DNA from: Pachysolen tannophilus NRRL Y-2460
Lineage: Eukaryota
DNA length: 64,000 nucleotides
Direction: 5' to 3'
NCBI GenBank assembly: GCA_001661245.1
Contig: KV454015.1
Location: 537,465 to 601,464 of the forward strand
Below are positions 34,410 through 45,280 of the stretch, piece by piece. Both the position numbers and the translations under genes were made by a program. Position 1 is the first letter of the stretch, and each line of letters starts with the position of its first letter. Below the pieces are notes generated by a model. The model searched no databases, was not told the origin of the DNA, and saw only the letters and a program-made list of their open reading frames with translations.

Positions 34410-34614
34410 ATGTATCCACGTTCAGTGTTTGGTGCGGCCATCCGTACTTTAACTCGTGCTAGCAGTATGTATATAAATTTAACAAATGAGTTGAGAAATT
34501 AGTAAATTTTTTTTTTTTTTTTTTTGTTTTTGCCTTTTTGCTTTACTAACAAGTTGTTATTTATTTTTAATAGAAACTGTTTCTCCAAAAATCGTCAATA
34601 AGAGTTTGGTGTAA
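34410..34614 (+). other. TUF1: Orphan 5' gene fragment (ATG exon 34410-34464, intron 34465-34573, short exon 2) encoding a mitochondrial presequence; probably the inverted 5' end of TUF1
   Basis: A-rich context AAGAAAG-ATG; GTATGT donor, TACTAAC at 34544-34550, TAG acceptor. The spliced peptide MYPRSVFGAAIRTLTRASKTVSPKIVNKSLV* is rich in R/K/S/T/A and has no acidic residues. Confidence 0.75.
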
Positions 34615-34989
34615 CAAAACACTACCTTTAAAAGTAGTGCACTTAGCTTAAAAAAACACAAATTAACCGAAACGGGAACTATTATGTTTTGAGAACACGA
34701 CTTTCAAAATTTGAATTTTGGAAAGAAAAAACAAGATCGTGTACTAAAAGCACAATATCTTTTTCCGGAAAGTGGAGAAATTGGAAAAAAATCGTCCAGC
34801 CTCTAAACTAATATCCAGCCCCAAAAGTATTTAATTTCTCTTAGGGTCGTACAGTACATATTAAAAATACCGAAAACAGTAAAAAATTTCACTGCACTTC
34901 AAAAAGGATGTGGTGTAGTGTGTTTTGTGTTTTATTTGCTTCTTTGTTTGTTTGTTTGTTTGTTTGTTTCTAGATAGATAGATGGATTT

Positions 34990-35277
34990 ATGAGTGAATC
35001 AACTACAACGGTATTCTTAGAGACTATCCCCGGTATAGCCAATGTTTGCATAAGTGGTATTTCATTAGATCTATCAACCTCTATGTTGGTTGACATCTTA
35101 TACAATGAACATTTACCACAAGGTATCAATAGAGGAAACTCATCAATTTCTAAAATAGATGGCAAACCGGTTCTTCAATATAAATGCGTTAAAGAATTGG
35201 TCAATGGTAACACAGAATTTATCAGCTTAACACTAAGACTTCCCCTATGTCATAAAAGTATAAGGAAACCTTACTAG
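34990..35277 (+). CDS. Small protein resembling the Sde2 N-terminal ubiquitin-like fold, without the GGKGG motif
   Basis: TVFLETIPGI...LYNEHLP...SKIDGKPV...EFISLTLRLPLC recalls fungal Sde2-N. Recognised from memory only. Confidence 0.45.
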   Translation: MSESTTTVFLETIPGIANVCISGISLDLSTSMLVDILYNEHLPQGINRGNSSISKIDGKPVLQYKCVKELVNGNTEFISLTLRLPLCHKSIRKPY

Positions 35278-35450
35278 GCTAATCATAAATCACTATAAGC
35301 TACTCTCAAACAGGCTTTTTTGGCTCTATATCTGGTGGACCTTGTTCAAAGTTTAGCTCTTCGATCTGTCATTTTCGGGTCGTTAAAACTGCTCATTTTT
35401 TTTTTAACACTGAAAAATTTTTGTTAGCACGAAGAAGAATAAGAACAAAC

Positions 35451-35483
<33 letters not shown>

Positions 35484-35529
35484 GGTTTGTGGTTTGTGGT
35501 TTGTGGTTGAAGGAGTTAGTTCATAATCA

Positions 35530-36830
35530 ATGTCGAGTCAACATAAGGATAAGCTGGACATAAATGTTCATATTGATTCGGTAGTTAATAAACTTAAGAG
35601 AAGACAAATTTCTGGGTCTTATACTGTTGCTATTGAAACATGTCAATTACTTATGAGAGTTATTTCAGCTTCACGTTGGAATCATCCAGATCAGTTAATT
35701 GATATAATACTGCAGGTTGGTAAGAAGTTGGTACAGGCTCAGCCGAGAGAGTTTTCATCGGGGAATATTGTCAGGAGAGTGCTATCTTTAATTAGAGATG
35801 AGATGAATGATGATAATGATGTTAATAATGGCAACGGCGGTAACAACAACAATAATAATAATAGTAATTATATCAATAATAGCGTTAATAATGAAAATCA
35901 ACTGATGATTAGTTCAATGTTTGCTTTGTTAACTACAAATGAAAATAAAAAAAATACCGTTAGCAATCAGCAAAATTTACAACAACAAAAATCACAAGTT
36001 TCATCTCTGTCTCTGCAATTGAAAAAAAATACACATACTCAAGATTTTAGATCAATTATAATACAAGGAATAAAAGAATTGATAGATGAGATTTCATCAA
36101 TCTCGGAGAATATCGAGACTATGAGTGTGGATTTGATCCATGATAATGAAGTCTTGTTAACTCCTACTCCAGGTTCAAAAACAGTTTTCAATTTTCTTCT
36201 GAAGGCAAGGTTAAAGAGAAAATTTACAGTCTTGGTAACAGAATGTTTCCCAAATGAAACTGAAGAAGCCCACAAATTCGCCAAGAAATTGGCTCTGCAT
36301 AAAATAGATACAGTAGTAATTCCTGATTCAACTGTATTTGCAGTAATGTCCCGTGTTGGGAAAGTTATTGTTGGTGCAAGATCAGTCTTTGCCAATGGTG
36401 GATGTGTAACTAGTTCGGGAGTCGCTGCAGTTTGCGAATGCGCAAAAGAATACAAAACACCTGTTTTTGTTGTTGCTGGCCTCTATAAATTATCTCCTTT
36501 ATATCCATTTGATAGAGATAGTTTAGTAGAAGTTGGTAATTCAGGTAAAGTCATGGAATGGGAAGATAGCCAATTAGTTGGGAATTGTGAAGTTACAAAC
36601 CCTCTTTTTGATTACGTTGTTCCTGAAAATATTGATATTTATATCACTAACGTGTATGTATCCATTTACAAATTAAAATTGAAAAAAAAAAAAAGTTGTT
36701 CAAATTTTTGTTTTCTTCATTTACTAACAATTAATCCTAATTATTTTTTTTTAGCGGTGGATTTTCTCCAAGTTTTATATATAGAATAGTTCTAGATAAC
36801 TATAAAGCTGAAGATGTTAATCTAGAATGA
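35530..36830 (+). CDS. GCD7: eIF2B beta subunit, two exons (35530-36653, 36755-36830)
   Basis: AQPREFSSGNIVRRVL, VFAVMSRVGKVI, GLYKLSP. A GTATGT...TACTAAC...TAG intron restores the expected end ITNVGGFSPSFIYRIVLDNY. Confidence 0.93.
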
Positions 36831-37183
36831 TTGATATGGCTAAATGGTATATAGAATCATGCTACGCCCTGTGCCTTGCTCGGTCAAGTTTTAACTTTCT
36901 TGATCTTGAGCTGGATACTTTTTTTTTCATATACATTTATTTAAAAAATCGTAATGGGCAATAAGAAACTCTTAAAAGTTGGTATTTTTGAGTACGATTA
37001 TACCATGGTCTAACCCAATGCTATACATCGTAATTATCTGACTTTACATCTACTCTCATATATATATATTTTATATATTTTATATATATCATTTAATAGT
37101 ATTAATCTCTGTCATTAGTACCAACTTTTGTTGTGCAGAAAATTTTTCAGCAAAAAAAAAACGTAAATTTAAAGTGAAACAAA

Positions 37184-37192
37184 ATGACTCTT
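37184..37192 (+). promoter_or_regulatory. Gcn4/Bas1-type site upstream of SER1
   Basis: ATGACTCTT about 110 nt upstream of the ATG of an amino-acid biosynthesis gene. Confidence 0.5.
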
Positions 37193-37295
37193 ACCTTTTG
37201 TCAATATATATATATATATATATATATCTGTAGATATCTGTATATATTGTTACGTTTTTGTATATCTATAGTTGATTGAGGTTTTTCTTTTCATC

Positions 37296-38495
37296 ATGGT
37301 CAATTCTTTAGAAAGAGAAGAGCCACATTATTTTGGTGCTGGTCCAGCTTTACTTCCAACTCTGGTACTCCAACAGGCTGCGTATGATCTTTTAAATTAT
37401 CAAGGTTCAGGTTTAGGTATTGGTGAAATTTCTCATCGTTCAAAACCTGCTACTGATGTTATTAACCAGTCAAAGGCAAGGTTAGTACAACTTCTTGATA
37501 TTCCTGAAGATACTCATGAAATTTTTTTCATGCAAGGTGGTGGAACTACTGGGTTTTCATCAATTGCATCAAATTTAATGGCCAATTTTTTAAATAGAAA
37601 AGGTAAAAGTGGTAAAGCTGGTTATGTTATCACTGGTTCTTGGTCTCAAAAATCTTATGAAGAACTGAATAGGTTGGGAGTTGATACTGAAATCATTGCC
37701 AATGCTGCCAATGCTCGTGGTTCCAATTCTACCAAATTTGGTACAATTCCAAATGTTGATTCATGGTCTAATAATGTTTCTAAAGATGATACTGCATATA
37801 TATATTATTGTGATAATGAAACAGTTCATGGGGTTGAGTTTCAAGAATTTCCCTTTGAGAAGTATGAAGGAATTCCAATTGTTGCAGATATGTCATCTAA
37901 TTTCTTGTCAAAGCAGATACCAATTAGCAAATATGGTTTAATTATGGCAGGTGCACAGAAAAATGTTGGAATTGCTGGTTTAACAATTTATATAATTAGA
38001 AAAGATCTTATCCCTCAACCTTCTGATCATAAATTATTAATTGAAAATGGTATTCCTATAACACCAATCGCATTCCATTACCCATCAGTTATAAAAAATA
38101 ATTCTGCTTATAATACAATTCCAATCTTTACATTACAAGTCATTAATCTTGTTTTGGAAAACTTAATCACAGTTAAAGGTGGTTTACAAGCCCAAGAAGA
38201 TTTAAATCGCAAAAAAGCTGAAAAGTTATACAGTGTCTTGGATAAATATCCAGAAATTTTTAATTTACCAGTGGAAAAATCTGTTAGAAGTAAAATGAAT
38301 GTAGTATTTACCATTTCAGGAGGTGAAATAAAAGAAGGAATTTTCTTAAAAGAAGCTGAAAAAAGGTATAAATTAACTGGATTAAAAGGTCACAGATCTG
38401 TTGGTGGTATGAGAGCTTCTTTATATAATGCTGTTGATACCACCAGTGTTGATTTATTATGTAAATTTATTGAAGAATTTGCAAAAGAAAATTAA
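37296..38495 (+). CDS. SER1: 3-phosphoserine aminotransferase
   Basis: YFGAGPA, EISHRS, NETVHGVEF, DMSSNFLS, PLP-lysine AGAQKN, LKGHRSVGGMRASLYNA. ATG at 37296. Confidence 0.95.
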   Translation: MVNSLEREEPHYFGAGPALLPTLVLQQAAYDLLNYQGSGLGIGEISHRSKPATDVINQSKARLVQLLDIPEDTHEIFFMQGGGTTGFSSIASNLMANFLNRKGKSGKAGYVITGSWSQKSYEELNRLGVDTEIIANAANARGSNSTKFGTIPNVDSWSNNVSKDDTAYIYYCDNETVHGVEFQEFPFEKYEGIPIVADMSSNFLSKQIPISKYGLIMAGAQKNVGIAGLTIYIIRKDLIPQPSDHKLLIENGIPITPIAFHYPSVIKNNSAYNTIPIFTLQVINLVLENLITVKGGLQAQEDLNRKKAEKLYSVLDKYPEIFNLPVEKSVRSKMNVVFTISGGEIKEGIFLKEAEKRYKLTGLKGHRSVGGMRASLYNAVDTTSVDLLCKFIEEFAKEN

Positions 38496-38540
38496 GTAAC
38501 AATAATAATAATAAAAATAATAAATATATTTGTATAAACA

Positions 38541-39540
38541 TTACTGCTGATTAATACCACTAACATAATAAACAATCTCACAATTCTCATTCTCATCTAA
38601 ATAGCAATGCAATACTAATGCTTCCATCTCACTAATGATTAACACAACATTTGAAGATAATTCACAGATATTGGCTCCTAATTTCCAGTCTCGAAGTTTA
38701 ACCATGACATTAATTGGTTCATCTCTATCCCTCTCTCTTCCTCTGATATTAGTTTCATCTTCTTGATCCTCGTTGCTATTATTGATTTGCTGCACTGGTA
38801 GTCTTTCTCTCCAAGATGCTGTTATTTTTCTTGTATCTTCATTTATTGTTAGTCCCAAGTATCCATTCTTTGTAGCTGCAATGTTTAAATACTCTGCTTT
38901 TTTATATCGTTCTACTCTTTTGAAAAGAGATACAATATCTCTATTTAACTTCATAAATACATCCACATTACTCAACTCTGGTTCTCTAATTCTTTCGTCA
39001 CTTTCTTTTTTCAATAATCGCACAGGAATACGAAACGTATGACTTATACTTGAACTCACGCTCACATGCTCATTATAAAAAATAGATAAAGTAGCCAACG
39101 ATTTTGATGCTGAAATTACTTGTTTAGATCCTCCCGTTCCATCAGCATTATTTGCTGAAGGGTTCTTCCTCTGAAGTCTAATCGATAATCCATACGAGTT
39201 TGTACGTTCAAAGTTTTTCAATACTTGATACAATGGCTCGATATTGATCTCCATTGAGATAGTATTATCTCTTATAGATTCTACCTCGTAGATATCAAAA
39301 ATCTCTTGGGATAATTTACACCATACTTGTGGCTCATTCAAAGAAGCTGAAATAATATGTAAATTCTGCGGAGTAAATCGTAATATACAAAATTTACGAA
39401 GACTAATGATAGCACCCAAAGTATCTAGAAATTAAAAATAATGTTAGCACAATTTTTATACAATCCGAAGAATAGTTAATAATAAATGAAAACTTACTTC
39501 TCAAAGATTCTGTAGATGCTGTTGATATCTTCAACTTCAT
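38541..39540 (-). CDS. MEC3: 9-1-1 checkpoint clamp subunit Mec3/Hus1, two exons (39540-39498, 39424-38541)
   Basis: A GTAAGT...TGCTAAC...TAG intron (39497-39425) gives MKLKIST...NTLGAIISLRKFCILRF; EPQVWCK and HTFRIPVRLL..ERIREPEL. Confidence 0.82.
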
Positions 39541-39684
39541 TGGCCTAAGTTTACTTACAGGAATTATATATAATATAATAATATTAAGCAGTTACTTTTC
39601 ATCTTTATTATTATTTTGATTTCAAATATTGTATATAAAGCGCGTTAAAAAATATTTAAAGGTGAAAAAAAAATACATAGTAAT

Positions 39685-42670
39685 TTACAATATTTTGATT
39701 TTTGAATAAATACCATCGTTATAACCCTTTTGAAGGCCAGTGTCACTGTCGTTGTTGGAAAATCTTTCCCTTTGTAATGTCGAGATGTTGCTCAAGACAT
39801 CACGAGCTTGTTCTCTAACCAATAAATCGTTATCTGTTTCAACAAGATACTTCAACAAGTTGACGATTTTTTTACCATAATTTGGGGGGAAACCTTCAAT
39901 TCCACCTGGTCCGGTGACTAAATCATTTACTAGCACTACTGCCGACCTTCTCATTATTGATTCTTCACTAGAAGTTTCCAAGTTTAGTATACCTAGCACA
40001 CAGTCAAAACAATCTGGTAATTTGGAAATTAAACCTATAGGATTCACTTTACAGCAAACACCTAAAAGTGACATTGCAGACATTCTTAATCTGTTATCCA
40101 GCTTCAAAGAAGTTTCATGCTCTGATTCATTTATAGTAGATGGAATTCTTATTAAAGATAACGTAGCGGATGAAACGAGATCAGCAACGTTTCCGGTAAA
40201 AGTATCATTTGCGTTTTGAATGAATCTTAAAAGAACTTCACCTATTCTTAACCTTTCGTCTAATTCCTGTTTTGGATTGATATAAAAATCTATCAATATA
40301 GGTAACACATTGTTTTTATCAAACTTTAACAACGAATCTAATCCTTTAATGACATTCAAGTAGATAAACGGATCAGGGTCTTTAAGTTGGAGCAAATTCA
40401 ATTCAATTACAAACTCCAATGAGACAACATCTGATCTCTTATCAATTAATTGTCTAAGTAAAAATAACCCATGAGCTCTAATTGGTACCAATGGATCATT
40501 CAACGAGGTGATTGCCCTTTTTAAAGTTTCTTCATCCTTTTCTCTTGAAGATTTTGGCCTTAAGGTCTCTTTGGCTAATATCGATTGGATTCTATTATAC
40601 AATGACTCTGCTGACTTGTTTTGATTAGATAGAGATAGCAAAAGTGTTGAAATTTCTTTAAGTACTGAAACAGAACTTTCATTTAACTCTGTTGTTGTTG
40701 TCTCCGATAATATAGCGGATAATAACTCTAATACTACACTCAATGACTCACGTAACTCATCCTCTTCATCATCTGAATCTTCGTCATCTGAATCTGCACC
40801 TTGTTCAATAGTTTTTTCCATTATTTTCATATCCTTTTGTTTGTTCTCTTTTTTCACAACAAGATTCTGAGTATTATTTATCAAGACATTTTTAACAACT
40901 TCCAACATGTCATCAGGAGACCTTGACAATTTTTCCTTATACTTGTCAACAATGTTTTCTAATAATCTTAAATCAATCAACATTATAAAAGGATCATCTT
41001 CACCATCTTGTTGCAAATCAATTTTAGAATCGCTAACATTTAACCATCTTTTCAAAATCAACCCAAACTCTTTTTGAAGTAATTCTTCATTTAAATCTTT
41101 CAAGATATTCATAAATAAGTCAACTGCAATATCTAAACTATCAAAAAGATTATTATTAGTTATATTGTTATCTTCTATGGTTGTTTTTTTCTTGATAACA
41201 ATTAATCCATTCTCACCATTTTCAAAAATCCAATTTTCACCTGAGATTAATAATAAATTCTTGGCTATTGTATCTAAAAATTCCAAATCATTGGTAATTG
41301 TGAAAAAGGAAATAAATATACTTTTAGGAACTTCAATATTTCTCTTTGTACTTTTAACATATATTGTATAACTCCAAAGTGGTAATATTAATTGTTGAAA
41401 TAAACATTTCAATAATTCTGGAGAAGATTTCTTAGTCAATGAGATAATGACATTTACAGCATTATTCAAATCTACTTCACTTGTCAAAATTTTATTTTCT
41501 GAAATTTTTGGATTAAAACATTCCCATATTTTTGAAAAAATGAAATCTTTAACAATTAAAGATTTTTTTTCAAACAAAGTTTCCACTATATTACATGCAA
41601 CAGATGTCAATATGGGTCTATTTATTAATACCAAGATATCATATAATTGTTTACCAACATTTCCAAAATAATCTGCAGAATTGAATTGCCTTGGCTTACT
41701 CATTATGACATTACAGATATGATCTATTTTTTCTATATTTATGTCTTCATCTTCTCTCAAACCAGCAACAAATTCAATTAACGATTTGACACCATCTGCT
41801 CTTTCCACAGTTAATAAAGATAATCTTGAAGAAACAAATTTTTTCAACCAAGGTTGGGAATAAGGTTGTAATAATAATGTATATATGCTAAATAATTGGA
41901 AAGTATTTGATAATTTTTCAATTTGAGTAAATTGAGTCTGGTATTTTTCATAAAAAGCTTTATTTGAATTTGGATTACACATCAACGATATCGATCCTAC
42001 TAATAAGTCGGTATATCCCGAGCCAGTCATTAATAAGTTTTTAACATCTCCTCCACCATCTATTATTTCATATAATTTTGTTACTATTAAACTTAACAAT
42101 TTCTCCGAATCCAGTGAAGAAGAAGAAGAAGAAGGAGATGATGATGATGATGATGACGTAATTTTAGTTATCTTGATTTTATTTTTACCAAAACTCTTTA
42201 ATTGTCTTCTTTCTAAAGGAATACCAACATTCACAGGTAACGCCGAGTAAATACCTTCAATTATCACAAGATTTAAAACTGATCCAAAAATTTTCATATC
42301 AGGTAAAGATATAGTGATAATATTTTTATCCTTTGCCTTTAATTTTTTTTTCATTTGATAATTTTTGAATTTGTAAAAGATAATCCAACAATTTATCTAT
42401 AACGGTAAATCTCATATAAAAATCATGATTAACATTATTTCCATTAAAATTCAAATCATTACAATTTTTTCCATCTAATTTAATATATAAATTTTTAATT
42501 GTATCTTGATTATTATTATTATTATTATTATCATCATCATTTTTAATAAATTTTGCAATCTCTTCAAATAACTTATCTAACGGGGTATTTGCCCTTAACT
42601 TTGGATTCAATAATTGCTCTTTTAAAGAGTTTCCCATATCTGAATTATCTCCATTCCCATCATTAGGCAT
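39685..42670 (-). CDS. RTP1: RNA Pol II assembly/import factor Rtp1 (TANGO6 family); frameshift at an A9 run (42343-42351)
   Basis: LNDPLVPIRAHGL, LKDPDPFIYLNVIK, LDERLRIGEVL, RMSAMSLLG. Removing one A joins the 114-aa and 889-aa ORFs. Confidence 0.85.
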
Positions 42671-42741
42671 ATTAATAATTCTTGTATATTTTAATTTGTC
42701 TTAGTTAATAAATACCTTCTTCACTTTACCTCTCAAATATA

Positions 42742-42860
42742 GCGATGAGCAGTATCATATAAAACATATTAAATTAAATTATTAAAAAAAAAATTTTTTT
42801 TATTTTTTTCTTTCTTTTATTAAAAAAAAAAATTCAAAAAAAATTCTTTATAAAAATTTT
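42742..42860. promoter_or_regulatory. PAC and RRPE-like elements in the divergent RTP1/YAR1 promoter
   Basis: GCGATGAG at 42742-42749 plus AAAAATTTT tracts. Confidence 0.55.
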
Positions 42861-42953
42861 CTTTTAATTAATAATTACTCTTGATTTTTTTCTGGGAAGA
42901 CTCCAGTATTATAAGAGAAATACTTGTTTTGTTTGTTAGATTAGGAATTAGAA

Positions 42954-43568
42954 ATGTCATTAACCACATCTCTCACGCAAGAGGAAATAGACGTTATAAT
43001 CGATGATGCCAGGTATGGAGATTTAGAAGAACTTCAAGAAATTTTTAAAGAAGTAGATCCATCATTATTATTGACAATGCGTGATGAATATACTTTAAAT
43101 ACACCTATACATATGGCAGCAGCAAATGGACATACAGAAGTTATTAAATATTTACTTTCATTACTTTCACAAGAAGAACAAAGAAAATTGGTCAATTTAC
43201 AGAATGAAAATGGCAATACACCTCTTCATTGGGGGTCACTTAATGGAAACCTTGAAGTTATAGAAACCTTATGTTCTGCTGGAGCAGATCCTTTTATGAA
43301 AAATAAAGCAAACCATGATGCAATATATGAAGCAGAGAATAATGGTAAAGAAGAATGTGAAAATTACTTCTTAAATAAATTTGCAGTTGAACCACAACAA
43401 GACGATGATCAAGAAGAAACTCAAGAAAATGGTGAATCCATAAAAGTTACCGTGAAAGAAGGAACAGAGATCTTTGAGGCCACAAGAGAAGGAGTGGCTG
43501 CAGAAGAGCAACGCAAGCTTCAATCTGAAAACGAACTAGAACAAAAAACAAACAAATTGACCATATAA
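42954..43568 (+). CDS. YAR1: Ankyrin-repeat Rps3 chaperone Yar1
   Basis: IIDDARYGDLEEL, TPIHMAAANGH, GNTPLHWGSLNG, ADPFMKN; acidic tail. Confidence 0.88.
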   Translation: MSLTTSLTQEEIDVIIDDARYGDLEELQEIFKEVDPSLLLTMRDEYTLNTPIHMAAANGHTEVIKYLLSLLSQEEQRKLVNLQNENGNTPLHWGSLNGNLEVIETLCSAGADPFMKNKANHDAIYEAENNGKEECENYFLNKFAVEPQQDDDQEETQENGESIKVTVKEGTEIFEATREGVAAEEQRKLQSENELEQKTNKLTI

Positions 43569-44172
43569 TATATATATATATATAGAGACTATCAATCTAG
43601 TTCTCCACTTAATAATAGATGTTTACTACTCTTTTTAAGCCCTACACCATCTACACCACTCACACCACTCACACCACCATTGATATATACACCCCACACC
43701 ATTAATTTTTTTTTTTTTTTTTAGCTATAAGTAGTAATTTACCGTATAAGGCAGTTGTACAATTAAAAACCTTTTCTACTTCCCCTTTTAGGCGTAGTAT
43801 TTCCCTTTTCAAGCCATAGGCCCCAGAATTACCGCACTCCCCGCCAACTTCAACAGCGTAAAACACAGCACTAACAAAAACAATAAATGGAAAAAAATGT
43901 GAAAAAATTTTTGACAAACAAAAAAACGCAGAGAAAATAAAAGTCGTACAAAATGTCGAAAAATTATTAAAAATTTGTGAATGATATTTTTCAATATTAA
44001 TCAAAAGAAAGTATAGTAAAATAAGTAAAATATAATATAATAGTATAGTAATAATAAATATAATAGTATATATAATATATATATAATAGTAAAAAAGAAA
44101 AAAAATTTTTTTTTTTTTTTTTATTGTTTTTATTTACTAATCAGTGTTTTTCATAAAAAGTATTGGTGTTAA

Positions 44173-45069
44173 ATGGGTGATATTGAGGAACCAGAAGTTA
44201 AAGATTTGGGGTTTGATCCATCTTTAAAGAAGAAGAAGAAATCAAAACCAAAGATTACTGATGAGTCATTAGAATCTACTCCATCTGGTGAAATTGATGA
44301 TATGTTTAGTGGATTGAAAAAAAAGAAAAAAAAACTGACAAAGGAAAAAGATTTGAGTGGTCTGGTAGATTCTGTAGATTCAGTGGATAATAGTATAAAT
44401 GACCTTAGTGAATCATTGGATGATCTTAAATTAAAGAAAAAGAAGAAAAAAATTTTATCATCACCAACAGTGGTTGATGATTTTGAAAAACAATTGGAAC
44501 AAGCAGGTATTGAAGAAACTACTCTGAGGCCTGAAAGTGCTCAAGATTCATTAGAAGAATCACAAAATGAACTTCAACAACAAGCTCCAGGGTTATCATA
44601 TAAAGATTTATTATCTAGATTTTTCAAAATATTGATGGAAAATAATCCAGAATTAGCAGGTGAAAGATCTGGACCTAAATTCCGTATTCCACCTCCAATT
44701 GTTCAAAGAGAAGGTGTAAAGAGAACTATGTTTGCTAATATTGAAGAAATTGCTCAAGTTTTACAAAGATCCCCAAAACATTTAATCGAATATTTGTTTG
44801 CTGAATTAGGTACTTCAGGTTCTATTGATGGTCAAAATAGATTGATTATTAAAGGTAGATTCCAACCTAAGCAAATCGAAAATATCTTGAGAAGATATAT
44901 TATTGATTACGTTACTTGTAAAACTTGTAAATCGATGAATACTGAATTGAAAAGAGAAAGTGCTAATAGATTACATTTCATTGTTTGTAAAGCATGTGGT
45001 TCAACAAAATCCGTTTCATCAATTAAAACAGGTTTCCAAGCCCATGTCGGTAGAAGAAAGAAAGCTTAA
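44173..45069 (+). CDS. SUI3: Translation initiation factor eIF2 beta
   Basis: Three poly-Lys boxes, [13 protein letters not shown]4 finger CKTC...CKAC. Confidence 0.95.
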   Translation: MGDIEEPEVKDLGFDPSLKKKKKSKPKITDESLESTPSGEIDDMFSGLKKKKKKLTKEKDLSGLVDSVDSVDNSINDLSESLDDLKLKKKKKKILSSPTVVDDFEKQLEQAGIEETTLRPESAQDSLEESQNELQQQAPGLSYKDLLSRFFKILMENNPELAGERSGPKFRIPPPIVQREGVKRTMFANIEEIAQVLQRSPKHLIEYLFAELGTSGSIDGQNRLIIKGRFQPKQIENILRRYIIDYVTCKTCKSMNTELKRESANRLHFIVCKACGSTKSVSSIKTGFQAHVGRRKKA

Positions 45070-45182
45070 GGTATATAACCTTTGGTATAACTATCGAGAA
45101 AGAATTTTGTATATTTAATTATTATTATCATCATTATTATTTTTACCTTTTCTTAATTTTTTTTTTCTTTTTGTTATAAATC

Positions 45183-45213
<31 letters not shown>

Positions 45214-45280
45214 ACATTACCCAAGTTCAAAAAACTTATTATTATTAAAGCTTGTAGCTTGTAACTTGTAAATTGATTCC

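Noticed and set aside
43770..43880. Possible tRNA, e.g. tRNA-CAG
   Set aside because: No GTTCRA T-loop and no cloverleaf on either strand.
44010..44144. Possible 5'-UTR intron of SUI3 (TACTAAT 44135, CAG 44142)
   Set aside because: No convincing donor, and the branch-to-AG spacing is too short.
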